Positions 1-10,487 of a stretch of DNA of 64,000 bases are shown one piece after another. Location of the stretch: NCBI GenBank assembly GCA_044223005.1, contig JBGAML010000008.1:129931-193930 (forward strand). The letters run 5' to 3'. A model generated the notes under the pieces. The model was not told the DNA's origin. It searched no databases and saw only the letters and a list, made by a program, of their open reading frames with translations. The stretch's first letter is position 1; each line of letters begins with the position of its first letter. A program made the position numbers and the translations under genes. Origin of the DNA: Candidatus Eiseniibacteriota bacterium (GTDB taxonomy: Bacteria; Eisenbacteria; RBG-16-71-46).

Positions 1-1485
1 TCGGAGGCGGCGGCGCCCGATCCGGGCCGGCTCGGCGTGGCGCGTACGTTCGCGTTCGACGTCGCGGCCCGGCTCTCGCCGCGTCGCGGCGCGATTCCGG
101 ATCTCGATGCGCCCGCCATGGCGGGGCTGCTCGCCCCGGCCACTCCGGCCGCGACCCGCGACACGTTGCCCGCGGATTTCCCGGACCTGGTCACCCAGCA
201 GATGGGCGCCTGCGCGCCCGGCCAGCTCTTCCTCGCGAACATCCCGCTCGCCGGCGACCAGACGCCGTACCTCATGGTGGTCGACAACGCGGGAACGCCG
301 CTCTGGTACCGCGCGATGCCGGGTTGGGTGACCGACTTCCGCCGGCACGCGAACGGCGACTTCGCCTACTTCGACAACGGCGCCGGGGTCTGGACCGTGC
401 TCGACTCGACGTTGACCCCGTCCGAGACGTGGCAGGCGGGCAACGGGTATTTCACGGACAACCACGAGTTTCGCATGCTGGCCAACGGCCACGTGCTGCT
501 GCTCGCGGTCGATCCGCAGATCGTCGACATGAGCGCCCTCGTGCCCGGCGGACGCACCGCCGCCACGGTGCTCGGCATGGTCGTGCAGGAACTCGACGCC
601 GACCACGACGTCGTCTTTCAGTGGCGGTCGTTCGATCACGTGGCGATCACGGACGCCATCGGGATCGACCTGACGGCCGTCACGATCGACTACATGCATT
701 CCAACGCGCTGGACGTGGCCGACGACGGCAATCTCCTGCTCTCGTCCCGCCACCTGAGCGAGATCACCAAGATCGACCGCTCCACCGGGGACGTGGTATG
801 GCGCTGGGGCGGCAAGCACAACCAGTTCACGTTCGTGGGCGACACGCTGCAGTTCGGCTACCAGCACGGCATTCGCCAGATCGGGAACGGTCACTACACC
901 CTGTTCGACAACGGCACGCTGCGAGTGCCGTCGTGGTCGCGCGCGTGCGAGTACGCGCTCGACGAGGTGAACCACACCGCGACGCTCGCGTGGAGCTACC
1001 GCCCGAACCCCGACATCCGGGCGCTCGCGATGGGCTTCGTGCAGCGTCTCGACAACGGCAACACGCTCGTGTCGTTCGGGACGGGCAAGCCGGACGCGAT
1101 CGAGGTGACGCCCGAAGGCGACGAAGTGCTGGTGCTCTCGCTGCCGGACCAGATGTCGAGCTATCGCGTGCTCCGCAAGGACTGGAACCCGCTGCCGGTG
1201 TCGGTGACGAACGCTCGCCTGGTGTTGGACCTCGCCTTCCTCGGCCCCAACCCGGCGCACGGGACCACGACGCTCATGGCGCGCCTGCCGCAGGCGGGCC
1301 GCGTGGCACTGCGCGTGTTCGACCTGCAGGGCCGCGAGGTGGCGACGCCCCTGTCGCCGGCGCTGCGCCAGGCGGGAGTGCTCACGGTGCCGCTGCGTCT
1401 CGCGGGCCGGCCGAGCGGCGTCTACTTCTGCAGGCTCGAAACCGAGCAGGGCGCGACGACGCGGCGGCTCCTGCTCGTGAACTAG
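1..1485 (+). CDS. Aryl-sulfate sulfotransferase (ASST) family protein with C-terminal T9SS-type sorting domain; probably 5'-truncated by the window edge
   Basis: Motifs DNHEF, DYMHSNAL, LLSSRH, WRWGG, YQHG, LFDNG match ASST beta-propellers. C-terminus GPNP...VFDLQGREVA...GVYFCRL...RRLLLVN. Frame is open from base 1. Confidence 0.8.
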   Translation, partial: SEAAAPDPGRLGVARTFAFDVAARLSPRRGAIPDLDAPAMAGLLAPATPAATRDTLPADFPDLVTQQMGACAPGQLFLANIPLAGDQTPYLMVVDNAGTPLWYRAMPGWVTDFRRHANGDFAYFDNGAGVWTVLDSTLTPSETWQAGNGYFTDNHEFRMLANGHVLLLAVDPQIVDMSALVPGGRTAATVLGMVVQELDADHDVVFQWRSFDHVAITDAIGIDLTAVTIDYMHSNALDVADDGNLLLSSRHLSEITKIDRSTGDVVWRWGGKHNQFTFVGDTLQFGYQHGIRQIGNGHYTLFDNGTLRVPSWSRACEYALDEVNHTATLAWSYRPNPDIRALAMGFVQRLDNGNTLVSFGTGKPDAIEVTPEGDEVLVLSLPDQMSSYRVLRKDWNPLPVSVTNARLVLDLAFLGPNPAHGTTTLMARLPQAGRVALRVFDLQGREVATPLSPALRQAGVLTVPLRLAGRPSGVYFCRLETEQGATTRRLLLVN

Positions 1486-1503
1486 TACGTCCGGCAACGC
1501 GGC

Positions 1504-1530
1504 CCGCGGCCCCGGAATCCGGGGCCGCGG
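1504..1530 (+). terminator. 12-bp GC hairpin after the ASST gene, possible terminator
   Basis: ccgcggccccgg-aat-ccggggccgcgg just after the stop codon; no U-tract. Confidence 0.5.
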
Positions 1531-1710
1531 CTCGGGCAGCCGGACCGAACCTGTTCCTGAAAATCCGCCGCCCCCGCGTGGTTCGGGCTGGGAACCACTG
1601 CGAGCCCGCTGCTAGCATAGGACGGCCGCTCCGGCATGCCCCCCGTTCCGCGCCGGCGACTGCGGCCGCTCCCCCACGGACCGCACTCTCCCTCGGCTCC
1701 CGACATCTCC

Positions 1711-4700
1711 GTGAGGTTCTCCGTGCTCCGCCGACCCTTCGGTTTCGTGGCGATCGTCGCCGCGATCGTGCTGCTCGCCGGCGCCGCCGCGCGCGCGCTG
1801 GTCGTCCCCTCCGGGTTCGTGGTCGAGAACGCCGTTTCCGGTTCGACCTTCAAATACCCGACGGGGCTCGCCTTCCTGCCGGACGGCCGCTTCATCGTGA
1901 CCGAGGAAGAGGGCAAGGCCTGGATGGTCGTGAACGGCGTGCGCCAGGCGAACGAGGTCTGGAACGCGACGGGCGAGATCCTGAGCAACGGCGATCGCGG
2001 CCTGCTCGGCGTGGCGGTCGACCCGAAGTACTTCGTCAATCACTTCGTCTACTTCCTCTACTCGGTGGACCCGGACTCGAACGGCGTCGACGACAACCCC
2101 AACGGGTTCAGCCGCCTCGCGCGCTACACGATGCGCACGACCGGGGACACGAACACGGTCGACCCCGCGTCGCGCACGATCCTGATCGGCGTGGACTGGC
2201 GCCACGGAAAGCTCGATGCCGGGCTCTCGCACAGCATCGGATCGCTGCGCTGGGGCCGCGACGGCAGCCTGCTCGTCTCGGCGGGAGAGGGCGCGGACTT
2301 CGACACCGTCGACGCGGGTGGCCTGCAGCCGGCGGCGTTCGGTCCCACGCGCACGGATCCGAACGAGGACATCGGCGCGTTCCGCGCGCAGGACGTGACG
2401 AACATCTGCGGCAAGATCCTGCGCATCAACCCGGCGAACGGGCACGGCTACGCGAGCAATCCGTTCGCCGACGGCGACCTCTCCGACGCCCGATCGCGTG
2501 TGTGGGAATACGGCATGCGCAATCCGTACCGGTTCACGGTGCGGCCGGGCACGGGCAGCACGGACACGTCGGCGGCGAACCCGGGCTCGCTCTACATCGG
2601 CGACGTCGGCTGGGGCAGCTACGAGGAGCTGAACGTCGCGCCCGCCGGCGGCCGCAACTTCGGCTGGCCTTGCAACGAGGGGTTCGATCCGCAGCCCCGC
2701 TACACGCTCGCCAACCCGAGCCACAACGGCTGCGGCAGCGTGGGCACGGCGACCAATCCATCGTCGTGGTCCAAGCCGGTCGCGTCGTGGCACCACAGCC
2801 AGTCGGGCCTGAGCGTGCCGCCGGGCACCACGGGCTCGGCGATCGTGGCCGGCGCCTTCTACACGGACAGCCTCTATCCGGGCGCCTGGCGCAACCGGCT
2901 GTTCATCGCGGACTTCGTCGAGGAGTGGATCCAGGTCGCCACGTTCAGCAACAACGACCACTTCATCGGTCTCACCACCTTCGGCACCGGCATGGGCGCG
3001 CCGGTGTCGATCGACCGCAGCCCGATCGACGGCAATCTCTACTACGCCTCGATCTCGACCGGCGAGGTCCGGCGCATCCGCTGGACGGGTGCGACGGGTG
3101 GCAACTCGATCCCGGTGGCGAAGGCGATCGCGACGCCCGCGAGCGGACCGGCACCGCTCACGGTCGCGTTCACCGGAGACGACAGCTTCGATCCCGACGG
3201 CAACACGCTCGCCTACGCGTGGACGTTCGGCGACGGCGGCACCTCGACGCTCGCGAACCCGTCGCACCTCTACGCGGCGATCGGCACCTACGTCGCGAAG
3301 CTCACCGTGAACGACGGGCGCGGGGGTGTCTCGACGGATTCCGTCACGGTGTCGGCGATCGCGAACCAGGCGTTCCCGACCACGGCGGTGATCGACAACT
3401 TCAACCGCGCGAACGGCGCGCTCGCGGCCCCGTGGGTGGGCACGAACGGCGTCGCGATCGCGTCCAACCGCCTGTCGCAGACTTGCTGCTACGCGACGCC
3501 CGTGTGGACCGGCGCCAGCTTCGGCCCCGAGCAGGAAGCCTTCCTCACGCTCTCGTCGATCGTCGCGAACGCGCCCGAGTACGACCTGATGCTCAAGGTG
3601 CAGGGGACGACCTACACCTCGGCGCACATCGAGGTGCGCTACGACGACGCGGTCAAGCGCGTCGCGGTCGCGACCTACGACGCGGCGGCCGGCGGCTGGG
3701 TGGATCGTGGCGCGGTGCCCACGACGTTCGTCGCGGGCGACCGGCTCGGCGCGCGCGCACACGCGAACGGGACCGTGGACGTCTTCAAGAACACGACGCT
3801 GCTCGGGACGATCTCCACGGCCGGCTGGGCGTACAACGCGCAGGGCGGCTCGCTCGGGCTCACGCTGAGCGCCATCGGCGCCACGTTCGACGACTTCGGC
3901 GGCGGGACGTACCAGGCGGTGAGCGCCAGTCCCGTCGTCACGGTCACCTCGCCCAACGGCGGCGAGAGCTGGGTCGGCGGGTCCTCGCACGACGTGCAGT
4001 GGACGGCCGTCGACGACGTCGCCGTCACCACGGTGGACGTCTACTACAAGGATCACGCGGCTTCGCCGTGGGTCCCGCTCGGACTGGCGCTGCCGAACAC
4101 CGGTCACTTCACGTGGTTCGTGCAGAACACGCCCGCGTCCGACGCCCGCGTGCGCGTGATCGCGCGGGACGGCGACGGGCACGCGACCGCGGACAGCAGC
4201 GACGCCAACTTCACGATCACCGCCACGCCGGGCGGCGTCGTGCCGACGACGCTGCGCGACTTCCTGCTGCCGGGCACGCAGCCGCTGGAGGCGGGCGGCC
4301 TGTCGAGCCAGGCGAGCTGCAACACGTGTCACTCGGGCTACTCGCCGCCGGTCGAGCCGGGGCGTAACTGGAAGGGCTCGATGATGGCGCAGGCGGCGCA
4401 CGATCCGATCTTCTACGCCTGCCTCGCGATCGCGGAGCAGGACGCGCCGTCCTCGGGCGACCTGTGCATCCGCTGCCATTCGCCGCTCTCGTGGCTCGCG
4501 GGCAGGAGCCAGCCCACGAGCGGCGCGCGCATCGACGCGCTCGGACGCGAAGGACTGTCCTGCGATTTCTGCCACCGCATGGTCGACCCGATCTACCAGG
4601 CGGGCGTGAGCCCAGCCGTGGACCAGCCGATCCTCGCCGGCATGCTGCCCTCACACGTGCCGACCTCGTACGGCGTCGGCCAGTACGTGATCGATCCCAA

Positions 4701-6138
4701 CAGCCGCGCGCGCGGGCCGTTCGCGGACGCGCTCGCGCCGCACGAGTTCGTCGCCTCGCCGTTCCACACGCGCAGCGAGATGTGCGCGACGTGCCACGAC
4801 GTCTCGAACCCGGTCTTCGATCGCGTCACGGGTGCGGCGTACGCGCCGGGGCCGCTCGACACGCCGGCGGACACCGTCGATTCCCGCAAGCTGATGCCGC
4901 TCGAGCGCACCTACAGCGAGTGGCGCGCGAGCGCGTTTCCGCAAGGCGTGACGCTGCCCGAGTTCGCCGGCAACGCGCCGGGCGGCGTGGTGTCGGCGTG
5001 CCAGGACTGCCACATGCGCCAGGTGACCGGCGCCGGGTGCAACTCCGTCAGCGCGCCCGTCCGCGGCAACCTGCCCCTGCACGACTTCACGGGCGGGAAC
5101 GCGTGGATGGGCGGCGTGATCGCGTCGCTCTGGCCGTCGGAGACCGACCCGGCGGCGATCGCCGACGCCCGCCAGCGCGCGGTCTCGACGCTGCAGAAGG
5201 CGGCGGACGTGCAGCTGTCGTTCGCGCCCGAGGGTGACAGTCTTCTCGCCACCGTGCGCGTCGTGAACCGCACGGGCCACAAGCTGCCCACCGGCTATCC
5301 GGAGGGCCGGCGCATGTGGCTCGACGTGGTGATGAAGGACGCGGGCGGGAACGTGCTCTACCGCTCGTGTCCCTACGATTCGACGACGGGCGTGCTGGCG
5401 CCCGGGCCGCTCGCACGCGTGTACGAGATGCACCTCGGTGTCTCGAAGCGCAGTGCCGCGGCGCTCGGCCTCGCGGCTGGGCCGACGTTCCACTTCACGC
5501 TCAACGACTCGGTCTACAAGGACAACCGCATCCCGCCGCTCGGGTTCACCAACGCCGCGTACGATTCGTTCGGTGGGACGCCCGTGGACGACTCGCAGCC
5601 CTCGCCGCGCTATCCGGACGGCCAGAACTGGGACGCGTCGAGCTACCCGGTGCCGAAGACCGCGGTGACGGTGACCGCGACGCTCTGGTACCAGACGACG
5701 TCCAAGGACTACGTCGAGTTCCTGCAGGCGACCAACGCCAGCAACACCGCGGGCCAGGCGATGTACGACGCGTGGACCGCGAACGGCCGGTCCGCGCCCG
5801 TCGCCATGGAATCCGTTTTGCTGCCGACGAGCGGCACGGGAACGGACGGGGCGGCGCCGCCGACGGTGCTCGCGTTGCAGCCGCTGCGCAATCCCTCGGC
5901 GGGACCGGTGCGGCTCGCGCTGTCGCTGCCGCGCGCGGCGAACGTGCGGTTCGAGATCTTCGACGTGACCGGCCGCGCGGTGTTCCGAGCGCCTGAACAC
6001 CGCTACGCGGCGGGCGTGCACGCACTCGAGTGGGATGGCCGCGTCGCCGGCCGCAGCGAGGCCGGGGCAGGCGCGTACTGGGCGGTCGCGACGGTGGACG
6101 GCGAGCGGCTCGTGCGCCGCATCGTCCGCCTGCGCTGA
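1711..6138 (+). CDS. Secreted multidomain protein: PQQ-dependent glucose/sorbosone dehydrogenase-like + PKD + beta-sandwich/Ig + pentaheme cytochrome c + C-terminal sorting domain
   Basis: Signal peptide; GSDH motifs DRGLLGVAVDP, SHSIGSLRWGRDG, GKILRINP, YGMRNPYR; PKD motif YAWTFGDG; five CxxCH (CNTCH, CIRCH, CDFCH, CATCH, CQDCH); GHKLPTG; CTD. Start uncertain (track ATG 1636; GTG 1711 preferred). Confidence 0.85.
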   Translation: MRFSVLRRPFGFVAIVAAIVLLAGAAARALVVPSGFVVENAVSGSTFKYPTGLAFLPDGRFIVTEEEGKAWMVVNGVRQANEVWNATGEILSNGDRGLLGVAVDPKYFVNHFVYFLYSVDPDSNGVDDNPNGFSRLARYTMRTTGDTNTVDPASRTILIGVDWRHGKLDAGLSHSIGSLRWGRDGSLLVSAGEGADFDTVDAGGLQPAAFGPTRTDPNEDIGAFRAQDVTNICGKILRINPANGHGYASNPFADGDLSDARSRVWEYGMRNPYRFTVRPGTGSTDTSAANPGSLYIGDVGWGSYEELNVAPAGGRNFGWPCNEGFDPQPRYTLANPSHNGCGSVGTATNPSSWSKPVASWHHSQSGLSVPPGTTGSAIVAGAFYTDSLYPGAWRNRLFIADFVEEWIQVATFSNNDHFIGLTTFGTGMGAPVSIDRSPIDGNLYYASISTGEVRRIRWTGATGGNSIPVAKAIATPASGPAPLTVAFTGDDSFDPDGNTLAYAWTFGDGGTSTLANPSHLYAAIGTYVAKLTVNDGRGGVSTDSVTVSAIANQAFPTTAVIDNFNRANGALAAPWVGTNGVAIASNRLSQTCCYATPVWTGASFGPEQEAFLTLSSIVANAPEYDLMLKVQGTTYTSAHIEVRYDDAVKRVAVATYDAAAGGWVDRGAVPTTFVAGDRLGARAHANGTVDVFKNTTLLGTISTAGWAYNAQGGSLGLTLSAIGATFDDFGGGTYQAVSASPVVTVTSPNGGESWVGGSSHDVQWTAVDDVAVTTVDVYYKDHAASPWVPLGLALPNTGHFTWFVQNTPASDARVRVIARDGDGHATADSSDANFTITATPGGVVPTTLRDFLLPGTQPLEAGGLSSQASCNTCHSGYSPPVEPGRNWKGSMMAQAAHDPIFYACLAIAEQDAPSSGDLCIRCHSPLSWLAGRSQPTSGARIDALGREGLSCDFCHRMVDPIYQAGVSPAVDQPILAGMLPSHVPTSYGVGQYVIDPNSRARGPFADALAPHEFVASPFHTRSEMCATCHDVSNPVFDRVTGAAYAPGPLDTPADTVDSRKLMPLERTYSEWRASAFPQGVTLPEFAGNAPGGVVSACQDCHMRQVTGAGCNSVSAPVRGNLPLHDFTGGNAWMGGVIASLWPSETDPAAIADARQRAVSTLQKAADVQLSFAPEGDSLLATVRVVNRTGHKLPTGYPEGRRMWLDVVMKDAGGNVLYRSCPYDSTTGVLAPGPLARVYEMHLGVSKRSAAALGLAAGPTFHFTLNDSVYKDNRIPPLGFTNAAYDSFGGTPVDDSQPSPRYPDGQNWDASSYPVPKTAVTVTATLWYQTTSKDYVEFLQATNASNTAGQAMYDAWTANGRSAPVAMESVLLPTSGTGTDGAAPPTVLALQPLRNPSAGPVRLALSLPRAANVRFEIFDVTGRAVFRAPEHRYAAGVHALEWDGRVAGRSEAGAGAYWAVATVDGERLVRRIVRLR

Positions 6139-6191
6139 CCGAACGATCCGCGCGCGCCCGTCTCGGCGCGTGCTCGCCGAGGAGGTCGATC

Positions 6192-6947
6192 GTGCGCTGG
6201 GCCGTGGGAGCGGGAGTTGCGCTGCTGTTCGTCGGAACGAGTGCAGGCGCTGCTCCGCGCACCGACGCGTGGGCCGTGGGGCCGCACCCGGTCGTCCACG
6301 TCTTCTCGGACGACGCGCGGGTGCGCGTGCGGACCGGACCGGCCGACAGTGTCGTGCTGGTGACGAAGCACGTGGTGAAGGCCCGTGGCGAGCGCTTCGA
6401 GTTCCGCCCCGAGCGGATCACCGTGGAGCGCCGCGGAGACACGCTGGACGTGGAAGCGATCACGGGCGGCGGCACGGTCGTGATCGGCGCGGTCGCCGAG
6501 CGATTCGAGATGCAGCTCGTGGTGCCCGAGGGTGCGGTGGTGCGGCTCGAGACGGGCGAGGGCCGCGTCGACCTCGCGGGCGTGCGGGGCGAGTTCGACG
6601 TGCGCACCTCGACGGGCGACCTGTTCGCGCGCGATGCGCGCGGCCAGCTGCGCGTGAACGCGCCGCGGGCACGGCGCGTGGACGTCCGGGGTTTCGATGG
6701 CCGTCTCGAGGTCGCGACGGCGGGCGACGTGCGCGCCACCGGACGCTTCGACCTTCTCGTCGCGTCGACGCACGGCGGTGATCTCGAGGTCGAGTGCCGC
6801 CCCGGCTGCGCGTCGCCGGAGTCGTGGCGGCTCGAGACCCTCGCTCCGGCAGGTGGCGAGATCGTGCTGCGAGCGTCGCCGGAATTCGAGGCGACCCGCG
6901 TGCCGGCGAGCGCTCGGACTCGGGTCCGCCGCGAAGGCGGGCGCTGA
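6192..6947 (+). CDS. Secreted DUF4097-like (putative adhesin) beta-strand repeat protein
   Basis: GGAGG at 6181 before GTG; signal peptide; repeats of the type ETGEGRVDL / RTSTGDLFA / STHGGDLEV. Confidence 0.6.
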   Translation: MRWAVGAGVALLFVGTSAGAAPRTDAWAVGPHPVVHVFSDDARVRVRTGPADSVVLVTKHVVKARGERFEFRPERITVERRGDTLDVEAITGGGTVVIGAVAERFEMQLVVPEGAVVRLETGEGRVDLAGVRGEFDVRTSTGDLFARDARGQLRVNAPRARRVDVRGFDGRLEVATAGDVRATGRFDLLVASTHGGDLEVECRPGCASPESWRLETLAPAGGEIVLRASPEFEATRVPASARTRVRREGGR

Positions 6948-7113
6948 GAGCGGAGCCCGCACGTTCGTCCCGCGCATCCCCCCGCACGCGCGTGCTACGC
7001 TCCGGGCGGGAAGCCTCGCGCGGGCGCTCGAGGTTTCCCGTCCCGAGTCACGGCGGCCGCGCGGCACGCGCGGTGGACGCCGCCTCCGTCGGTTCGGCCC
7101 GGCCGCTCTCCCC

Positions 7114-10100
7114 ATGACGCCTCGACTCACCACCGCCGTTCGCCATCTCGCGTTCGCGACCCTTCTGCTCGCGGCGGCGTCCGTGCGTGAGGGCCCCGCC
7201 TCCGTGGTCGACCAGGCCATCATCTGGCTGCCCACGGGTATCGCCATCGCGGGCGTCTGGATCCTCGGACTGCGAGCGGCTGCTTCGGTCGCGATCGTCA
7301 CGCTGATCCAGCGCTGGATGCTCGGGTACGACATGGGCGTCGCCGTGCCGGCGGCGATCGGCAGCACGGCCGAGGCACTCGCCGGAGTTCTCGTGCTCCG
7401 GCAACTGGATTTCCGCGCCGAGCTCTCGCGCCTGCGGGATGTGTTCGCGCTGATGGCCGCGGCGGCGGTCGCGCCGCTCGCCAGCATCTTCTTCTCCTGG
7501 ATCGGGCGCTCGTTCTTCTGGAGCAACCCGACCATGCCGTTCTACTCGGGCTGGGACGGCTGGTGGCGGATGAACGCGCTCGGCGCACTCACGATCGTGC
7601 CGCTGGCCGTGTCGTGGTTGCGGACGACGCGGCGCGAGATCACGGCGCGGTCGGTCGGCACCACCGCGCTGGCCCTCGTCGGCGTGCCCGCGGTCACGAT
7701 CGCAGTCATGTGGCTGGCCCCCGCCGACACGACCGGCGTTCTCGGTGTCAACCTCGTGCTCGCGCTGGTCGTGCTGTTCGCCGCGGTACGATTCGGCGTC
7801 CGCGGCGCCACGCTCGCCTCCGCACTCGCGGTGCTCACCGTGGCGCTCACGACGACGCACGGCCTCGGCCCGTTCCTCGCGGTGCCGCGGCCGGTACGCC
7901 ACGTGGCGATCCAGCTGTTCGAGTTCACGGCGGTCGCGCTGCCCCCCGCGTTCGGCGCGCTGATCGCCGAGCGGCGCGCGGCGCTCGAGCGCGGGGTCCG
8001 CAGCGACGTGCTGCGGCTCTCGATCCAGTCGGCGCTTCCCGACGTGGTCTACCGCGTGGCCCTCGACGGCACCTGTCTCGACGTGAGCGTGCCCGCGGCG
8101 CTGAGCCGGTCGTTTCGCCGCGAGGAGCTCGTCGGCCGCCCGATGACGGCGTTGTTCCCGCCGGGGCAGGGCGATTCGTTCCTGCGCGCGATCCGCGACG
8201 CGCTGGCCGTGGGCACGCCGGCCACGATCGAATACGAGACGAAGGTCGACGGGCAGCGGCGCGTGCACGAGGCGCGCTGCGTGCCGCACGGCGACGACGA
8301 GATCCTCGCGGTCGTGCGCGACATCACGCAGCGCAAGTGGTCCGAGGGCATGATGGCCTTCGAGGCACGCATTCTCGCCGACGTCGCGACCGGCCGGCCG
8401 AGCGCCGAGGTGTGCCGCGAGATCGTGGCGGGCATCGAGCGGCTGGTTCCCGACGGCCTGTGTTCGATCCTCGTGCTGAACGGCGACCGGCTGCACGTGG
8501 GCAGCGCCCCGTCGCTGCCGGCGGCCTACAACGAGGCGGTCGAGGGTTTCGAGATCGGAGCGGGCCGGGCGTCCTGCGGCACCGCCGCGGCGACGGGGCA
8601 GCTCGTGGTGGTGGAAGACATCGCCCACGACCCCCTCTGGACCGACTGGCGCGACCTGGCGCTGGTGCACGGCCTGCGCGCGTGCTGGTCGCTCCCGGTC
8701 CGCGACGCGGTGGGCGCGGTGATCGGGACGTTCGCCGTCTACTACCGCGAGGCGCGCGCGCCCGGGGCGCACGAGCTCGCGCTCGCCGAGCGCGCGGCTG
8801 CGCTCGCGGGCATCGCCCTCGACCGCGAGCGGAGAAGTGAAGCGCTCCGCCGCAGCGAGGAACTGCTCGCGTCGATCAACTCCAACGTGCAGGAAGGCCT
8901 CTTCCGCGCGACGGCGTCGCTCGAGGTGCGCTACGCCAACGACGCGCTCGCGCGAATGTTCGGTCACGGCTCGCCCGAGGCCTTCGTCGGTGCGGATCTC
9001 GTCGCCACCGTCGAGGATCGCGAGCGCGTCGCCGAGCTGCTGGGGCGGCTGGAACGCGACGGGCGCTGGGTCAACGAGGAGGTGCGCTTCCTCCGCGCGG
9101 ACGGGACCGCGTTCTGGGGGCTCGTCTCGGCCACGCTCGTCCGCGAAACGGGTGGCCAGCCGCCGCACGTGGACGGCGCCATCGCCGACGTGACGGCGCG
9201 CAAGGAGCTCGAGGAGCAGTTCCGGCAGTCGCAGAAGATGGAGGCTGTCGGCAAGCTCGCCGGGGGCGTCGCGCACGACTTCAACAACCTGCTCACCGTC
9301 ATCTTCGGGTACGCGGACGCGATCCGCGGTGACTCCGCCGAAGGCGATCCCGTTCACGAGCACGCCGAACAGGTCCTCGAGGCGGCCCGGCGAGCCTCCG
9401 GACTCACGCGCCAGCTGCTCGCGTACAGCCGCCAGCAGGTGCTCTCGCCGCAGGTCCTGGAGCTGGCCGCCGTGGTCGGCCAGATGGGCGACATGCTCCA
9501 GCGCCTGATCGGCGAGGACGTGAGGCTGCTGATCGAGCCTCCCCGCGAACGCTGCTGGGTGCGCGTGGACCGCAGCCAGATCGAGCAGGTGCTCCTGAAC
9601 CTCGTCGTCAACGCCCGCGATGCGATGCGTACCGGTGGCACGCTCACGATCGCGACGGTCCACGCGGATCGCGGATCCGACCGCGTCGCCCCGGGCGAAG
9701 CGGCGAGCGCGGAGCCGTCGGTGCTGCTGCGCGTGAGCGACACGGGCGTCGGCATGACACCCGAGGTGCAGGCGCGCGCCTTCGATCCGTTCTTCACCAC
9801 CAAGGGACTCGGCGAGGGCACCGGCCTCGGGCTCTCGACCGTGTACGGCATCGTCAAGCAGAGCGGGGGATCGGTCTGGCTGGAGAGCGCGCCCGGCGCG
9901 GGGACGACGGTCTGGATCCGCCTGCCGCGCTGGGCGGCCCCCGACGAGAGCGCCGCGACCCCTGCGCCGGTGGCGGCGATCTCCGGCGCGGCGACCGTGC
10001 TGCTGGCCGAAGACGATCCCGGCGTGCGCGAGCTCGTGTCGCACACGCTCGAGCACGCGGGCTACCGCGTGCTCGCGGCCGGGGACGGCGCCGAGGCCCT

Positions 10101-10368
10101 CGCGGCGGCCGGCGCGCATCCGGGATCGATCGACGTGGTCGTGAGCGACGTCGTGATGCCGCACCTTGGCGGCCGCGAGCTCGCGGCCCGGCTCCTCGAT
10201 GCGCGGCCGCAGGTGCGGGTGCTCTTCATTTCCGGCTACGCGGACGACGCGCGCGAGCGCGAGGCGTTGTGCGGGCCGAACAGCCGCTTCCTCGCGAAGC
10301 CGTTCGCTCCCGAGGCACTGGTCGAGCGGGTCCGCGACCTGCTGCGCCCGGAGGGTTCGGCGGCCTGA
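7114..10368 (+). CDS. Membrane hybrid sensor histidine kinase (MASE1-PAS-GAF-PAS-HisKA-HATPase-REC)
   Basis: N-terminal TM helices with IWLPTG; QSQKMEAVGKLAGGVAHDFNNLL H-box; NLVVNARDA; DPFFTTK; GTGLGL; receiver motifs AEDD, SDVVMP, KPF. Confidence 0.92.
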   Translation: MTPRLTTAVRHLAFATLLLAAASVREGPASVVDQAIIWLPTGIAIAGVWILGLRAAASVAIVTLIQRWMLGYDMGVAVPAAIGSTAEALAGVLVLRQLDFRAELSRLRDVFALMAAAAVAPLASIFFSWIGRSFFWSNPTMPFYSGWDGWWRMNALGALTIVPLAVSWLRTTRREITARSVGTTALALVGVPAVTIAVMWLAPADTTGVLGVNLVLALVVLFAAVRFGVRGATLASALAVLTVALTTTHGLGPFLAVPRPVRHVAIQLFEFTAVALPPAFGALIAERRAALERGVRSDVLRLSIQSALPDVVYRVALDGTCLDVSVPAALSRSFRREELVGRPMTALFPPGQGDSFLRAIRDALAVGTPATIEYETKVDGQRRVHEARCVPHGDDEILAVVRDITQRKWSEGMMAFEARILADVATGRPSAEVCREIVAGIERLVPDGLCSILVLNGDRLHVGSAPSLPAAYNEAVEGFEIGAGRASCGTAAATGQLVVVEDIAHDPLWTDWRDLALVHGLRACWSLPVRDAVGAVIGTFAVYYREARAPGAHELALAERAAALAGIALDRERRSEALRRSEELLASINSNVQEGLFRATASLEVRYANDALARMFGHGSPEAFVGADLVATVEDRERVAELLGRLERDGRWVNEEVRFLRADGTAFWGLVSATLVRETGGQPPHVDGAIADVTARKELEEQFRQSQKMEAVGKLAGGVAHDFNNLLTVIFGYADAIRGDSAEGDPVHEHAEQVLEAARRASGLTRQLLAYSRQQVLSPQVLELAAVVGQMGDMLQRLIGEDVRLLIEPPRERCWVRVDRSQIEQVLLNLVVNARDAMRTGGTLTIATVHADRGSDRVAPGEAASAEPSVLLRVSDTGVGMTPEVQARAFDPFFTTKGLGEGTGLGLSTVYGIVKQSGGSVWLESAPGAGTTVWIRLPRWAAPDESAATPAPVAAISGAATVLLAEDDPGVRELVSHTLEHAGYRVLAAGDGAEALAAAGAHPGSIDVVVSDVVMPHLGGRELAARLLDARPQVRVLFISGYADDAREREALCGPNSRFLAKPFAPEALVERVRDLLRPEGSAA

Positions 10369-10487
10369 GCGCCCGGGGGCGGGACTGCGCCTTGCGGCCC
10401 GGTGCGCCCCTCGGAGGCGTGATCTAGACTGCCGCTCGTCGCCTCGACGCGCGCCGACGCGCGTCGCATTCCGTCTCGGGGCCGCTC

